Shown here in pieces: positions 49,580-60,033 of a stretch of 64,000 nt of DNA. The stretch is from Halioglobus sp. Lineage in GTDB: Bacteria; Pseudomonadota; Gammaproteobacteria; Pseudomonadales; Halieaceae. The stretch is taken from contig OZ245784.1 in the NCBI GenBank assembly GCA_965227955.1, positions 2,206,031-2,270,030 of the forward strand, in the 5' to 3' direction. The notes under the pieces were generated by a model. That model worked only from the letters and a program-made list of their open reading frames with translations. It ran no database searches and was not told the DNA's origin. Within the stretch, counting starts at the first letter, position 1, and each line of letters opens with the position of its first letter. A program made the translations under genes and the position numbers.

Positions 49580-50764
49580 ATGGACAGACGCGACCTGCTG
49601 AAAGGAGCCGCGCTGAGCGCAGTGGCGGGCACCCTGCTGGCACCGGCATTACAGGCCGCCACACCCGGGGCAGGCGACAGCGAGGCCGCGGCGGCACTGG
49701 CGGAACTGCAGCGCGCCCTGGACGAACTGGAGGCGGGCTTTGCCACGCCGGAGTGGCGACTCGCCACTCCCCGGGATTACGCCGAGGCCCGGCGCATGCT
49801 TCTGCACATCCTGATGCACGGCCTGGAGGCCTGGCTGGAGGCAGACCCGGCGCGCCCGTTCTTCACGTCTTTTATCAACCCGCACAAGAAGCTGCTCGGC
49901 GACAACCCCGACGCGCGCTATTTCTCCGCAGTTATCGACGGCTCTCACAGCTACCGCATTCGGGGCAACCTGGCGGGTGCGACCTACACCAGCTTTACGG
50001 TGGAACTGGGCAGCGGTGCGGAAGCCGGCGGCATCGGGGCCACGCTGAACGACACCCAGTTCGAGGCGGACGAGAACGGCGACTACGAAATCATCGCCAG
50101 CGCCCGGGAGGTCAAGGGCAACTGGCTCAGGTTGTCCCCGGGCGCCAACAGTATCACCACGAGGCACTACTACGAGCGCAAGCGCAGCATCAACCGCGAC
50201 CGGCTGCATCACATCCCTATCGAGATCAGCAACCTGCACGCCGTGTCGCCGCGGGACGTGCCGAACGACGCAGGCATAGCGGCGGGCATCCGCCGTGTGA
50301 CACAGTTCGTCCGGGGAAACACCATACCCATGAACGGGGATAACAGCCCCGCCTGGGTATCGCGGGTCCCCAACCAGTTCGCGCCCCCGGTCCGGGACGA
50401 CAGCAACGAGGCCATCACCTACGCCGCGAAGGACAATGTCTACGCCATGGCGCCTTTCGTACTGCGTGAAAACCAGGCACTGCTGATTCGCGGCCGCTTT
50501 CCGAAGTGCCGGTTCAGCAACGTGGTACTGTTCAACCGCTTCCTGCAGACGCTGAATTACGAGGAGCGCACAGTGTCGCTGAACCGCGCCCAGGCGCGGC
50601 AGGAGGAGGACGGCAGTTTCGAGATGATCGTCTCGGCGCGCAACCCTGGCCACCCGAACTGGCTCGACACCGAGGGGCGGCCCTACGGGATCATGTTCTG
50701 GCGATTCCAGCTGCCGGAAGAGGAGATTGCCCCGCTGCAGACGCGGGTGGTCGACCTGCCCTGA
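49580..50764 (+). CDS. TAT-exported hypothetical protein (DUF1214-like by recall)
   Basis: Twin-arginine signal MDRRDLLKGAALSAVAGTLLAPALQA. The segment GDNPDARYFSAVIDGSHSYRIRG resembles DUF1214-type proteins, but I am not certain of this. Confidence 0.5.
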   Translation: MDRRDLLKGAALSAVAGTLLAPALQAATPGAGDSEAAAALAELQRALDELEAGFATPEWRLATPRDYAEARRMLLHILMHGLEAWLEADPARPFFTSFINPHKKLLGDNPDARYFSAVIDGSHSYRIRGNLAGATYTSFTVELGSGAEAGGIGATLNDTQFEADENGDYEIIASAREVKGNWLRLSPGANSITTRHYYERKRSINRDRLHHIPIEISNLHAVSPRDVPNDAGIAAGIRRVTQFVRGNTIPMNGDNSPAWVSRVPNQFAPPVRDDSNEAITYAAKDNVYAMAPFVLRENQALLIRGRFPKCRFSNVVLFNRFLQTLNYEERTVSLNRAQARQEEDGSFEMIVSARNPGHPNWLDTEGRPYGIMFWRFQLPEEEIAPLQTRVVDLP

Positions 50765-50774
50765 TTGCCCGCGC

Positions 50775-51659
50775 CTACTCCGGGATTCGTGGGCACCACT
50801 CGTCCGCGGGGCCGGCCAGCCACAGTAACGAGTTCTCGATAATCTTCTGCACCTGCGGTTGACTGTAGGCTTCAGCGGCGTGGCCCATCGTGACGTAGAC
50901 GCTGCGGCCGTTCCCGATACAGTTGCTCCACACCACCGGGTGGTCGCCCATGCGCAGGTCGCGCTCGCTGCCGAACATCTTCTGCACCGGCGTGTAGGAG
51001 TCCTCGTCGATGGTTGCGAGTATAAGAAACCCCTCGGCGCGCGGGCTCTTCGCCCAGGAGTACCACTCTTCCTCGTGCTGCCAGATATCCGGGACACCGC
51101 GCAGGACCGGGTGCTCCTGGTTCTCCAGGTATACCGTGGCGACCTGGAACTGCGGGCCCATGATATGCGCTGTGAAATCGGCGCCGACCAGGTTGTCGCG
51201 GTACCAGCGCCAATCCTTGTGGGAATCGTCCCCGGCTGCGTGAATACCCAGCCACCCGCCGCCCGCCTCCAGCCAGGCCTGGAAATGGCCCTCCTGCTCT
51301 GCGCTCAGCATGTCGCCCGAGGCGTTGAGAAACACCACCGCGTCGAAGCGGGCCAGGTCGAGGTCGTTAAAGACGGCGCCGTTCTCCGTGTGGAACAGGC
51401 CCCAGCCGTGCTTCCCGGCCAGGTGCTGCAACAGTAACGCGCCGGCCTCGATGCCCTCGCCGTGACGGAAGCCGTTGGTCTTGCTGAAGGCGAGAATACG
51501 GGGCGAGGCCAGTTCGCCGGGCAGCGCGGGCGGCACCACGTCGTGGCTGCGATTGGGAAACACGAGGTTCCACGCGCCCACCTGCCAGATGGCGACAAGA
51601 CCGGCGACCACCAGCAGGAATACAATGATCAGTAACCACTTCAGCAGGCGCATAACCAT
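50775..51659 (-). CDS. ThuA-domain protein
   Basis: N-terminal TM/signal LLKWLLIIVFLLVVAGLVAIW. ThuA-like motifs FRHGEGIEAG, FDAVVFLNASGD, GGGWLGIHAAGD, EEWYSW and MGDHPVVW. The start at 51659 (MVMRLL) is inferred. Confidence 0.8.
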   Translation of the reverse strand: MVMRLLKWLLIIVFLLVVAGLVAIWQVGAWNLVFPNRSHDVVPPALPGELASPRILAFSKTNGFRHGEGIEAGALLLQHLAGKHGWGLFHTENGAVFNDLDLARFDAVVFLNASGDMLSAEQEGHFQAWLEAGGGWLGIHAAGDDSHKDWRWYRDNLVGADFTAHIMGPQFQVATVYLENQEHPVLRGVPDIWQHEEEWYSWAKSPRAEGFLILATIDEDSYTPVQKMFGSERDLRMGDHPVVWSNCIGNGRSVYVTMGHAAEAYSQPQVQKIIENSLLWLAGPADEWCPRIPE

Positions 51660-51696
51660 GGCGAACCCTCCCTCGGGCCGGACCTGGATTATAGGG

Positions 51697-52824
51697 CTAC
51701 TTGGCCCCGTCGAACCAGTCGTCGAAGCCGAAGCTGACGGAGGGACCGACGTGCATCTGCTCCAGCACCCCGTGACCCACACGGTCTCCGCAACGCGCGA
51801 TTACCACCTGCTGGATATGCAGGTTCTCGATGGCCAGCGGGTCGAGATCGCTGTCCGTCCAGCTCTCGCCCGCCACGGCGAGCTCGCCGTGCCACTTGCC
51901 GTGCCCCCATTCCGGGTGCTGGTACCCGAGCCCCTTCATGCGATGCACCAGCACCGGCTCCAGGGTAACCTTCAGTTCCTCCCCGCTGCGGTCGCGCATG
52001 GTGATCCGGGCGGACCGCATGCGCCGGGTGCCGGGAATCATGTCCAGGTTGTGGGCCACCTTGCCCTGCCAGACACGTGACCCCGGGTCATTGGTTCCCG
52101 GGACCTCGTCCATCGACGGGTACAGCGGCAGGAAGCACTGGTCCGTGTGCCATTGGTAACCGGTGTCGTCTTCGAACCAGCTCGCCAGGCTGCACTCGTC
52201 CTCCCAGTGGATCGGCATCCAGCCAAAGTGGAAGGCCTGGTACTCGGGCAGCGGGGCGCCGCCCGTATAGGGGTCGCCCACCGGCCTCACGCCCCAGGAG
52301 CGGTCCTTCAGGCCGAAGGTCGTTGCGCCGTCCACCTGCAGCTCCCTGCCGTCGTAGCGGATCCAGCCGGACCAGTTGCCGAACTGGTCCAGGCGGGTGG
52401 CATCCATGACGATGTGCCGCTCGTTGCGCAGGGTCTGCCGTCCCTCTTCGATACACGCCGTGCGCGGTGTGAACACGAGGTCGCACTCGATACCGGTATC
52501 GTTGCTCTCGATCACCACCCGGTGTCGGCCCATCGGTTCCAGTATCTGCAGTGCGAACGGCCCCACTGTGGTGTCCGTGGGCTCGGCGGGTGCGCGCCGG
52601 GATGCGTGAAAGGCGTATTGCCTGCCGTCGATGGCGAGGCTCAGGCTGCAGTCGAGGATGCCGAGATTGGCGTAGCGGCACATGGCGACGCCGAAGTAGA
52701 AGCCGCCGTCCCGGGCGTGGGCGTTGTACCAGTACCGATCGTAGACGAAACGGTCGCTGGTGGCCGCGTGAAACAGGGGTTCGGCGGTCTGGTGAATCGG
52801 GTAATCATCGAATTTGGAGAGCAT
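51697..52824 (-). CDS. Conserved hypothetical protein
   Basis: 375-codon GC3-rich frame starting MLSKFDDYPIHQTAEPLF. No family recognised. The upstream 128 codons of the track ORF look non-coding. Confidence 0.5.
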   Translation of the reverse strand: MLSKFDDYPIHQTAEPLFHAATSDRFVYDRYWYNAHARDGGFYFGVAMCRYANLGILDCSLSLAIDGRQYAFHASRRAPAEPTDTTVGPFALQILEPMGRHRVVIESNDTGIECDLVFTPRTACIEEGRQTLRNERHIVMDATRLDQFGNWSGWIRYDGRELQVDGATTFGLKDRSWGVRPVGDPYTGGAPLPEYQAFHFGWMPIHWEDECSLASWFEDDTGYQWHTDQCFLPLYPSMDEVPGTNDPGSRVWQGKVAHNLDMIPGTRRMRSARITMRDRSGEELKVTLEPVLVHRMKGLGYQHPEWGHGKWHGELAVAGESWTDSDLDPLAIENLHIQQVVIARCGDRVGHGVLEQMHVGPSVSFGFDDWFDGAK

Positions 52825-52993
52825 GGGGGGCACCTTGCGGGGAACGTGGTGCAAGCATGGACCAGCGGGGCCCACCCAACAAGCGGGGCCCTGGAATCCG
52901 CGCTGCCACGTACAGCAATTCAAACCCCGGGGGCGGTGGACATTTCCGCCCCCCTCCACTACCGTCGAGCCTGTCGCTGCAAGGATACCGTCG

Positions 52994-54229
52994 ATGTCAC
53001 AGGCGCTCGTGGGGCTGCCCTGCCTGATTCTCCTCGCCTGGATAACCAGTGCGGACCGGCGCCGCTTCCCCGTGCGCCTGGTGCTCTCGGGACTCGCCGC
53101 ACAGCTTGTCCTGGCGCTCCTGCTGCTCAAGGTCCCGCTGTTGCAGGATGCGCTGCTGGTTATCAACCGCCTGGTACTGGTCATCGAGGCCGCTACCGGC
53201 GAGGGCACGGCGATGGTATTCGGCTTTCTCGGCGGCGCCGATCCGCCCTACGAGGTGACCTCTCCCGCGAACAGCTTCGTGCTCGCGTTCCGCGCACTGC
53301 CCATCGTCATCGTTTTCGCTGCGCTGAGCGCGCTGCTCTGGCACTGGCGCGTGATCCCGGTGGTTATTTCCGCCCTGGCCCGACTGCTGGACCGGTCGAT
53401 GGGCCTCAGCGGGCCTGTCAGTATGGGTGCGGCGGCCTCCGTATTCGTGGGCATGGTGGAGTCACCGCTGTTGGTGAAGCCCCACCTCAAGACCATGACC
53501 AGCGGCGAACTGTTCATGCTCATGAGCTGCGGCATGGCCACCGTTGCGGGGACCATGCTGGGCCTGTACGCGGGCATTCTCGGCAGCGTCATACCCACGT
53601 CCTTGAGTCACATTCTTATCGCCTCAATGATCAGCGCGCCGGCTGCCCTCATGCTCGCGGCGGTCATGGTGCCACCGGATGCCATGACGCGCGGCGGGCA
53701 CATCGACATGGCGTCACCCTATGCCGGCAGCATGGACGCCCTGGTGACCGGCGCCGGCGAAGGATTGCGCCTGCTCGCCAATATCGTCGGAATGCTGATA
53801 CTGTTCATGGCGTTGGTCTACCTCGCGGACCAGGTTCTCGCCCTGTTGCCCGTGGGCGGCGAACCACTCACCCTCGTCGGCCTGTTCGGGACACTGCTGT
53901 CACCCCTGGCCTGGCTGCTCGGCATTCCCTGGGAAGAGTCGCGTCTAGCCGGGGAACTGCTGGCAACCAAGGTGTTTATCAATGAGCTGGTCGCCTACCT
54001 GCAACTGGCGGCACTCGAACCGGACACCCTCAGCGAACGCAGCCGGCTTATCCTGACCTACGCGATGTGCGGTTTTGCCAACTTCGGCAGCCTGGGGATC
54101 ATGATCGGCGGGATGACGGCCATGTGCCCCGAGCGCAGTGCGGACATCCTGCGCCTTGCGCCACGGTCAATCTGGTCCGGCCTGCTGGCAACCTGCATGA
54201 CCGGCTGCGTGGTCGGCCTGATTCTCTGA
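52994..54229 (+). CDS. NupC/CNT-family nucleoside transporter
   Basis: Polytopic protein. N-terminus GLPCLILLAWITSADRRRFPVRLVLSGLAAQLVLALLLLKVP. C-terminal TYAMCGFANFGSLGIMIGG, typical of concentrative nucleoside transporters. Confidence 0.85.
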   Translation: MSQALVGLPCLILLAWITSADRRRFPVRLVLSGLAAQLVLALLLLKVPLLQDALLVINRLVLVIEAATGEGTAMVFGFLGGADPPYEVTSPANSFVLAFRALPIVIVFAALSALLWHWRVIPVVISALARLLDRSMGLSGPVSMGAAASVFVGMVESPLLVKPHLKTMTSGELFMLMSCGMATVAGTMLGLYAGILGSVIPTSLSHILIASMISAPAALMLAAVMVPPDAMTRGGHIDMASPYAGSMDALVTGAGEGLRLLANIVGMLILFMALVYLADQVLALLPVGGEPLTLVGLFGTLLSPLAWLLGIPWEESRLAGELLATKVFINELVAYLQLAALEPDTLSERSRLILTYAMCGFANFGSLGIMIGGMTAMCPERSADILRLAPRSIWSGLLATCMTGCVVGLIL

Positions 54230-54239
54230 TACCGCCCCC

Positions 54240-55097
54240 GTGCTGTTCGACAACAGCAAGCCGCGCCACCTGCCGCACCTGGGACAACCCGAGATACTGA
54301 AGATGGGCCTGTCGCCCCTCGGTGACGGCGCCTGGATCGAGACCGACGCGGATTTTCCCGCGTACCACGCGCACAAGCTCGAACGGCGCGGCGCGCTCGG
54401 GGAGCGCGTCTATCGCGCCCTACCCGGCACCGACGATGCGCAGCGCGAGGTGGCACAGGCGCTGCGCAAGCACCTGCTGGACGAACACGGCGATGTCTAC
54501 GCACCGCGGGGAAACGGATTGACCTTCCTGCCGCGGGACGTCGCGCTGCCGGGGATCGGCGCCGAGCCCCTGTGGGACTGTTCGCTGTGGGTCGCCGATG
54601 ACCTCGCGCTCATGCAGGAGCAGGCCGGGAGCTACCATCTCACCGCCGCGAGCCTGTGCAGCCCCAGCGACTGGTTGCTGGAGGAAAAAATGGGCAGGCC
54701 GCTCGCGGAGATACACGCGCCAATCCCGGGCTTCACGCGCGAACTGACGCCCGCGGTAGATCGCTTCTTCGACCACCTGAAGGTGGCCCACCCCGTGGTT
54801 CGCTTCAACTGGTCGCTGCAGGCCGGGAACGCCCTCTGCCGGCGCCCCGGGGAATTCGTCGAGGGGGCGGCGGGCGAGCTGTTCTACCGCAGCGAACGCC
54901 AGAGCCTCAGGCGCCTGCCCCGGACCGGCGCCGTACTTTTCACCATTCGGGTCTACCTGCACCCGCTGACTTTACTGGAGACGATTCCCGGGGCGATGTC
55001 CGCGCTGTTCGCTGCCATCGATGCTACGGAGCCCGCGCTGGCAGACTACAAGGACTTCGAGGATCTCGCCCCGGCGCTGCAGTCCTACCGCCCCTGA
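54240..55097 (+). CDS. DUF3445-family protein (heme-dependent oxidative N-demethylase alpha-subunit-like)
   Basis: Segments LKMGLSPLGDGAWIETD, AASLCSPSDWLLEEKMGRPLAEIHAPIPGF and VRFNWSL match what I recall of DUF3445. GTG start. Confidence 0.6.
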   Translation: MLFDNSKPRHLPHLGQPEILKMGLSPLGDGAWIETDADFPAYHAHKLERRGALGERVYRALPGTDDAQREVAQALRKHLLDEHGDVYAPRGNGLTFLPRDVALPGIGAEPLWDCSLWVADDLALMQEQAGSYHLTAASLCSPSDWLLEEKMGRPLAEIHAPIPGFTRELTPAVDRFFDHLKVAHPVVRFNWSLQAGNALCRRPGEFVEGAAGELFYRSERQSLRRLPRTGAVLFTIRVYLHPLTLLETIPGAMSALFAAIDATEPALADYKDFEDLAPALQSYRP

Positions 55098-55103
55098 GCG
55101 TTT

Positions 55104-56039
55104 CTACAGGCCCGCCGCAGCGTGAAGCACTCGTTCGTGACTGCGCAGCTGCCGCCCGTCGTCGACACCGCTGATGCCGCCGCGCAGTATCAGGTGACTG
55201 AGCCCCAGCCGCTCGACGTACTCCTGCAGGCGGTCGCGCACGTAGTGCCCGTCGCCCACGATGGACCAGTCGTCAACTTCCGCTGCGCGCTCACGCATCC
55301 GCGCGGGTACGGTACGCGCGAGCCCCTCCCGCACCGCGCCGGCTTCTGCCGGGTCCTCCGTGGCGTAAACCGTACGCATGACGGGAATCGTCGCGACAGG
55401 TTCGCCGCCCTGCTCGGCGACATGACCCCGGTAGATACGGTAGTTCTCTTCCAGTACCGACAGGGACTCCACCGGGGAGGCGAGGTACGGCAGGGACAGA
55501 CCGGCCACCTGCTTTAGCGCGAGTGGCCCGAAGGCGGCCACCCACAGGGGCGGCGAAGGCTGTTGCAGCGGCAGTGGCGACAGGCGGACCGGCTCACCCC
55601 CCTCCTCCTCCGCGACCGGCTCCCCGCGCCAGGCGCTGCGCATGACCTGGAGGTTGTCGGCAAAGAGGCGGCGCTTGTCGGCGGGATCGACACCAAAGGC
55701 GCGGAACATTGACGACTGGATACCCCGACCCAACCCGAGGATCAGGCGCCCCCCGGACAGCTGGTCCAGTACCGCCACCTCCTCCGCCGCCTGCAGCGGG
55801 TTGCGAATGGGCAACAGGTAGGACGTGCAGCCGAGTCGCAGCCGGTCGGTGCGCGCGGCGACCGCGGCAAGCAGGGTAAGGGGCGAGGGGATGGCGCCGC
55901 GCTCGCCAAAGTGATTCTCCGGCAGCCAGAACGAGTGAAAGCCCATGGCCTCGGCGCGCTCGGCCTGCCGGCAGAGATCGTCGGCGCGGCTGATCCCCTC
56001 CCAGGACCAGGCGGTGGTGGCTACCTCGATACCGCCCAC
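55104..56039 (-). CDS. Luciferase-like (LLM class) flavin-dependent oxidoreductase
   Basis: Motifs GFHSFWLPENHF and LDQLSGGRLILGLGRG. Confidence 0.8.
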   Translation of the reverse strand: MGGIEVATTAWSWEGISRADDLCRQAERAEAMGFHSFWLPENHFGERGAIPSPLTLLAAVAARTDRLRLGCTSYLLPIRNPLQAAEEVAVLDQLSGGRLILGLGRGIQSSMFRAFGVDPADKRRLFADNLQVMRSAWRGEPVAEEEGGEPVRLSPLPLQQPSPPLWVAAFGPLALKQVAGLSLPYLASPVESLSVLEENYRIYRGHVAEQGGEPVATIPVMRTVYATEDPAEAGAVREGLARTVPARMRERAAEVDDWSIVGDGHYVRDRLQEYVERLGLSHLILRGGISGVDDGRQLRSHERVLHAAAGL

Positions 56040-56046
56040 GCTGGTG

Positions 56047-57138
56047 TCAGCTGACCTTCACGACCAGCTTGCCGAAGTTCGCGCCGCTGAATAGGCCGAG
56101 GAAGGCCTCGGGGGCGTTCTCCAGTCCCTCCACGACGTCCTCGCGGTACTTGATCCTGCCCTCGGCAAGCCAACCGGTCATGTCGCCGACAAACGCGGGT
56201 ATACGATTCGTATAATTGCTGACGATAAACCCCTGCATCTTGATACTGCGACTCAGGATCAGGCCCTGCAGGGTACTCATACGGTCAGGCCCCGGGGGCA
56301 ATTCGGTCTGGTTGTAGTGTGCGATCAGACCGCAGACGGGCACCCGGGCGAAGGTGTTGAGCAGCGGCATGACCGCTTCCCAGGAACTGCCACCCACGTT
56401 CTCGAAATAGACATCGATACCGTCGGGGCACTCGGCGGCGAGTTGCTCAGCCATGTCGTCGTCGTAGTGGCTGACGCACGCGTCGTAGCCCAGTTCCTTC
56501 ACCGCGTACTCGCACTTCTCCTTCGCGCCGGCAATACCCACGACCCGGCAGCCCTTGAGTTTGGCGATCTGCCCCACCACCGATCCCACTGCACCGGTGG
56601 ACGCCGCGAGCACGACGGTCTCCCCCGGTTTGGGTTCGCCGATATCCAGCAGGCCGACATAGGCGGTCAGGCCCGGCATACCCAGCACGCCGAGCGCATA
56701 GGAGGGACGCTCGATGCGCGGGTCGAGCGGCATCGCGGCCTTGGCGACGGTGTAGTCCTGCCAGCCCGCGTAGGAACTGACAAGGTCGCCGACGGCAAAC
56801 TTCGGGTTGTTGGATTCGACCACCTCGCTGACGGTGCCCCCCACCATGACACCGTCCACCGGCACGTTGGCCGCGTAACTGCGCCCCGCGTTCATGCGCC
56901 CGCGCATGTAGGGGTCGAGGCTGAGCCAGCGGGTGCGCAGCAGGATTTCGCCGTCCCCCGGGACCGGGACAGGCGCCTCCTCGAGGCGAAAATTCGCCGT
57001 CGTGGGCGCTCCCTGGGGCCGGGAGGCGAGAACGATGCGGCGATTGACTCCCTTCCCTGCGGCCGCGGCCGGCGTGAGGCCCAAAGCGGCCAGGGCGGTG
57101 AGTGATCCCAGGGTGAACTCGCGGCGATTGAAACTCAT
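56047..57138 (-). CDS. NADP-dependent MDR oxidoreductase (YncB/alkenal reductase-like) with TAT-like signal
   Basis: Motifs RWLSLDPYMRGRM and AASTGAVGSVVGQIAKLKG. The N-terminus MSFNRREFTLGSLTALAALGLTPAAAA looks like a twin-arginine signal. The start at 57138 is inferred. Confidence 0.85.
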   Translation of the reverse strand: MSFNRREFTLGSLTALAALGLTPAAAAGKGVNRRIVLASRPQGAPTTANFRLEEAPVPVPGDGEILLRTRWLSLDPYMRGRMNAGRSYAANVPVDGVMVGGTVSEVVESNNPKFAVGDLVSSYAGWQDYTVAKAAMPLDPRIERPSYALGVLGMPGLTAYVGLLDIGEPKPGETVVLAASTGAVGSVVGQIAKLKGCRVVGIAGAKEKCEYAVKELGYDACVSHYDDDMAEQLAAECPDGIDVYFENVGGSSWEAVMPLLNTFARVPVCGLIAHYNQTELPPGPDRMSTLQGLILSRSIKMQGFIVSNYTNRIPAFVGDMTGWLAEGRIKYREDVVEGLENAPEAFLGLFSGANFGKLVVKVS

Positions 57139-57274
57139 GGCGGGGGCCTCGTTGCAGGGTGGGTCTTCTACCTTAGACCACTGTGGCCTCCGTGTCTCCC
57201 GGCCCCTTGACTTCCAGTGCACCGGGGGAGATAAACGGGCCCTCGACAGGCGGTAACACCGTGGGGTGCCGGAC

Positions 57275-59011
57275 ATGTATGACCTTGTAATTCGCAACGC
57301 GACCATCGTCGACGGCACGGGCCGCGACGCCTACGCCGGCGACCTCGCCGTCAAGGACGGCAGGATCGCCGCTGTCGGTGCGGTGGAGGGTGGGGGAAGT
57401 CGCGAAATCGACGCTCGCGGCCGGCTGCTGACACCCGGCTGGGTCGACGTGCACTCCCACATGGACGGGCAGGCCACCTGGGATCCCGTGTGCAGTCCCG
57501 CCGCCAACCACGGTATTACAACGCTGGTCATGGGCAACTGCGGCGTCGGTTTCGCTCCCTGCGAGCGCAACGATGCCGCCCACGACCGGCTGATCTCCGT
57601 CATGGAGGACGTGGAGGACATTCCCGGCACCGCCCTGCACGAGGGCATCGAGTGGAACTGGGAGTCCTTTCCGGAGTACCTGGACGCGGTGGAGGCTTAC
57701 CCCCGCGCGATCGATGTCGGTGCGCAGGTGCCCCACTGCGCCGTGCGCACCTATGTCATGGGCGATCGCGGCACACACAACGAGAAGGCCACCGCGGAAG
57801 ACATCGAAAAGATGGCCGCCATCGTGCGTGAGGGTATCGCCGCCGGCGCCCTGGGCTTCACAACGTCGCGTACCGAACTGCACACCACACGGGAAGACGA
57901 GGCCATGCCCGGCACCTACGCCGACGAGAGCGAACTGCTCGGCATCGGCAGTGTCATCGGCGAGCTGGGCGGCCGCGGCATTTATGGTGTCGTGTCGGAC
58001 TGGGACAACTGGGAGGAGGAGATGGACTGGATGAAGCGCCTGTCCATCGAGAACGACTGCCAGATCAATTTCGTACTCTTTTTCCGCGAGGACAGCGACT
58101 GGCCGCGGGTGAAGGCACAGCTGGATTTCGTACGCGACGCGGCGAAAGAAGGCGCGCGCCTCATTCCGCACGTAGGCGCCCGGCCGGTCAATATCCTCCT
58201 GTCCTGGGACGGCACCATCCACCCTTTCAGTTTCCACACAAACTACGGCCCGCTGTCGGTCATGTCCCACGAGGAGCGCCTTGCGGAACTGCGCAAACCT
58301 GAACTGCGCCGGGCCATCGTCTCCGAAGACCTGCCCCTGATGGGCGACGACTTCATGGACACCATCATCGGCGGCTACGACAAACTCTACGAGCTGGGTA
58401 ATCCGCCGAACTACGAGCCGGGCCCCGGGGACAGCATCGCGGCGAAGGCCGCGGCCGCAGGCGTGATCCCGCAGGAATACTGCTACGACCTGATGATGAG
58501 CGACGACGGCAAGGGCGTCGTCTACTTCCCGTGCTTCGGCTACGGCGCGGGCGATCTCAGCCGCCAGGTCGAGTTGCTGGAAGACGACCTCACCGTTCTC
58601 TCGCTGGCGGACACCGGCGCACACTGCGGTGTGCTCTGCGACGCCAGCGTCCCCACCCAGATGCTCAGCTACTTTGTGCGCGACCGGGAGCGCGGCCACC
58701 GTTTTCGCCTGGAGGACGTGGTGAGGATGCAGACCCACGACACCGCGCGCTGTGTCGGCCTGGAGGACCGCGGCACGCTGGAGCCCGGCATGAAGGCGGA
58801 CCTCAACATCATCGACTTCGAGTCCCTGCAACTGGAGACGCCGCGCATCACCTTCGACCTGCCCGCCGGCGGACGGCGCATGTTCCAGGGCGCCTCCGGG
58901 TACGCGGCCACCATCGTCAGCGGCGAAGTGATCATGGAGAACGGCGAGTATACCGGCGCCGTACCCGGGGCACTGATTCGCGGACCCCAGCCTGCACCGG
59001 CCGCGGCCTGA
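57275..59011 (+). CDS. N-acyl-D-amino-acid deacylase family amidohydrolase
   Basis: Motifs [15 protein letters not shown] and [11 protein letters not shown] (metal-binding HxH). Size about 578 aa. The ATG at 57275 is preferred over the GTG at 57266. Confidence 0.85.
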   Translation: MYDLVIRNATIVDGTGRDAYAGDLAVKDGRIAAVGAVEGGGSREIDARGRLLTPGWVDVHSHMDGQATWDPVCSPAANHGITTLVMGNCGVGFAPCERNDAAHDRLISVMEDVEDIPGTALHEGIEWNWESFPEYLDAVEAYPRAIDVGAQVPHCAVRTYVMGDRGTHNEKATAEDIEKMAAIVREGIAAGALGFTTSRTELHTTREDEAMPGTYADESELLGIGSVIGELGGRGIYGVVSDWDNWEEEMDWMKRLSIENDCQINFVLFFREDSDWPRVKAQLDFVRDAAKEGARLIPHVGARPVNILLSWDGTIHPFSFHTNYGPLSVMSHEERLAELRKPELRRAIVSEDLPLMGDDFMDTIIGGYDKLYELGNPPNYEPGPGDSIAAKAAAAGVIPQEYCYDLMMSDDGKGVVYFPCFGYGAGDLSRQVELLEDDLTVLSLADTGAHCGVLCDASVPTQMLSYFVRDRERGHRFRLEDVVRMQTHDTARCVGLEDRGTLEPGMKADLNIIDFESLQLETPRITFDLPAGGRRMFQGASGYAATIVSGEVIMENGEYTGAVPGALIRGPQPAPAAA

Positions 59012-59037
59012 CACCTTTCCCGCCCAGCTGACCTCGG

Positions 59038-60033
59038 ATGCCGCCGATCAGCGCGAACCTGCGCCTGAATCTCACAGGCGCCGAAGCCGACCCCGCCCTG
59101 CGAGCGAAGCGCTACCAGACCGCCATCGACATGGCGGCGTACGCCGATCAGCAGGGCTTCTCCAGCGTCAACGTGGAGGAGCACCACGCCGCCGACAACG
59201 GCTGGCTCCCCTCCCCCCTTACAATGGCCGCTGCCATCGCGGCGCGCACGGAACATTGCAGCATCGGCGTCATGGCGCTGCTCGTCACTCTATACGACCC
59301 CATTCGCCTGGCGGAGGACATTGCCGTCGTCGACCTGCTGAGCGGTGGGCGCCTCAACTTTGTGGCGGGCATGGGTTACCGGGAGGTCGAATTCCACATC
59401 GTCGACAAGCCCTTTGACAGGCGCGGCGAGTGGATGGACCACGTCCTCGAAACCCTGCTGAAGGCCTGGGGGGACGAGCCCTTCGAATACCGGGGCAAGA
59501 TGGTAAACATCACACCCAAGCCGTTCACCCGCCCCCATCCCTTTTTCCTCGTCGGGGGTATGAGCAGGCCCGCCGCGCGCCGCGCCGCCAGGCTGGGACT
59601 GCCCTTCGCACCGCCCGTGGCCGACCCGGAACTGGAGGCTTACTACTTCCAGCAGTGTGAAAAATTCGGCACCGCCGGTTTTACCCATTCACCACCGGCG
59701 GATTTCTCGGTGCTGTTCATCCACGAGGACCCCGACCGGGCCTGGGCGGAGCTGGGCCAGCACTTCCTCAACGAGGCGGTGGAGTACTCGAGCTGGAAAA
59801 CCGAGGGGGTCAAACGGCCGCTGGAGTACAGCAGCGACTCCATCGAGGGGCTGCGCGCGGAAAAGCGCTACGAGATCATCACGCCGGAAGAATGCACACG
59901 GCGCCATCAAGAGCGCGAGGACTTTTTCGCGGCGATTCATCCCCTGATCGGCGGTATGCCCCTCGACGAGGCCTGGAACAGCCTGCGCCTCTACGCCGAG
60001 CGGGTGGTCGCTCCACTGCGCGCCGCCGAGTAA
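59038..60033 (+). CDS. Luciferase-like (LLM class) flavin-dependent oxidoreductase
   Basis: Motifs GFSSVNVEEHH and VDLLSGGRLNFVAGMGY. Paralogous in type to 55104-56039. Confidence 0.8.
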   Translation: MPPISANLRLNLTGAEADPALRAKRYQTAIDMAAYADQQGFSSVNVEEHHAADNGWLPSPLTMAAAIAARTEHCSIGVMALLVTLYDPIRLAEDIAVVDLLSGGRLNFVAGMGYREVEFHIVDKPFDRRGEWMDHVLETLLKAWGDEPFEYRGKMVNITPKPFTRPHPFFLVGGMSRPAARRAARLGLPFAPPVADPELEAYYFQQCEKFGTAGFTHSPPADFSVLFIHEDPDRAWAELGQHFLNEAVEYSSWKTEGVKRPLEYSSDSIEGLRAEKRYEIITPEECTRRHQEREDFFAAIHPLIGGMPLDEAWNSLRLYAERVVAPLRAAE

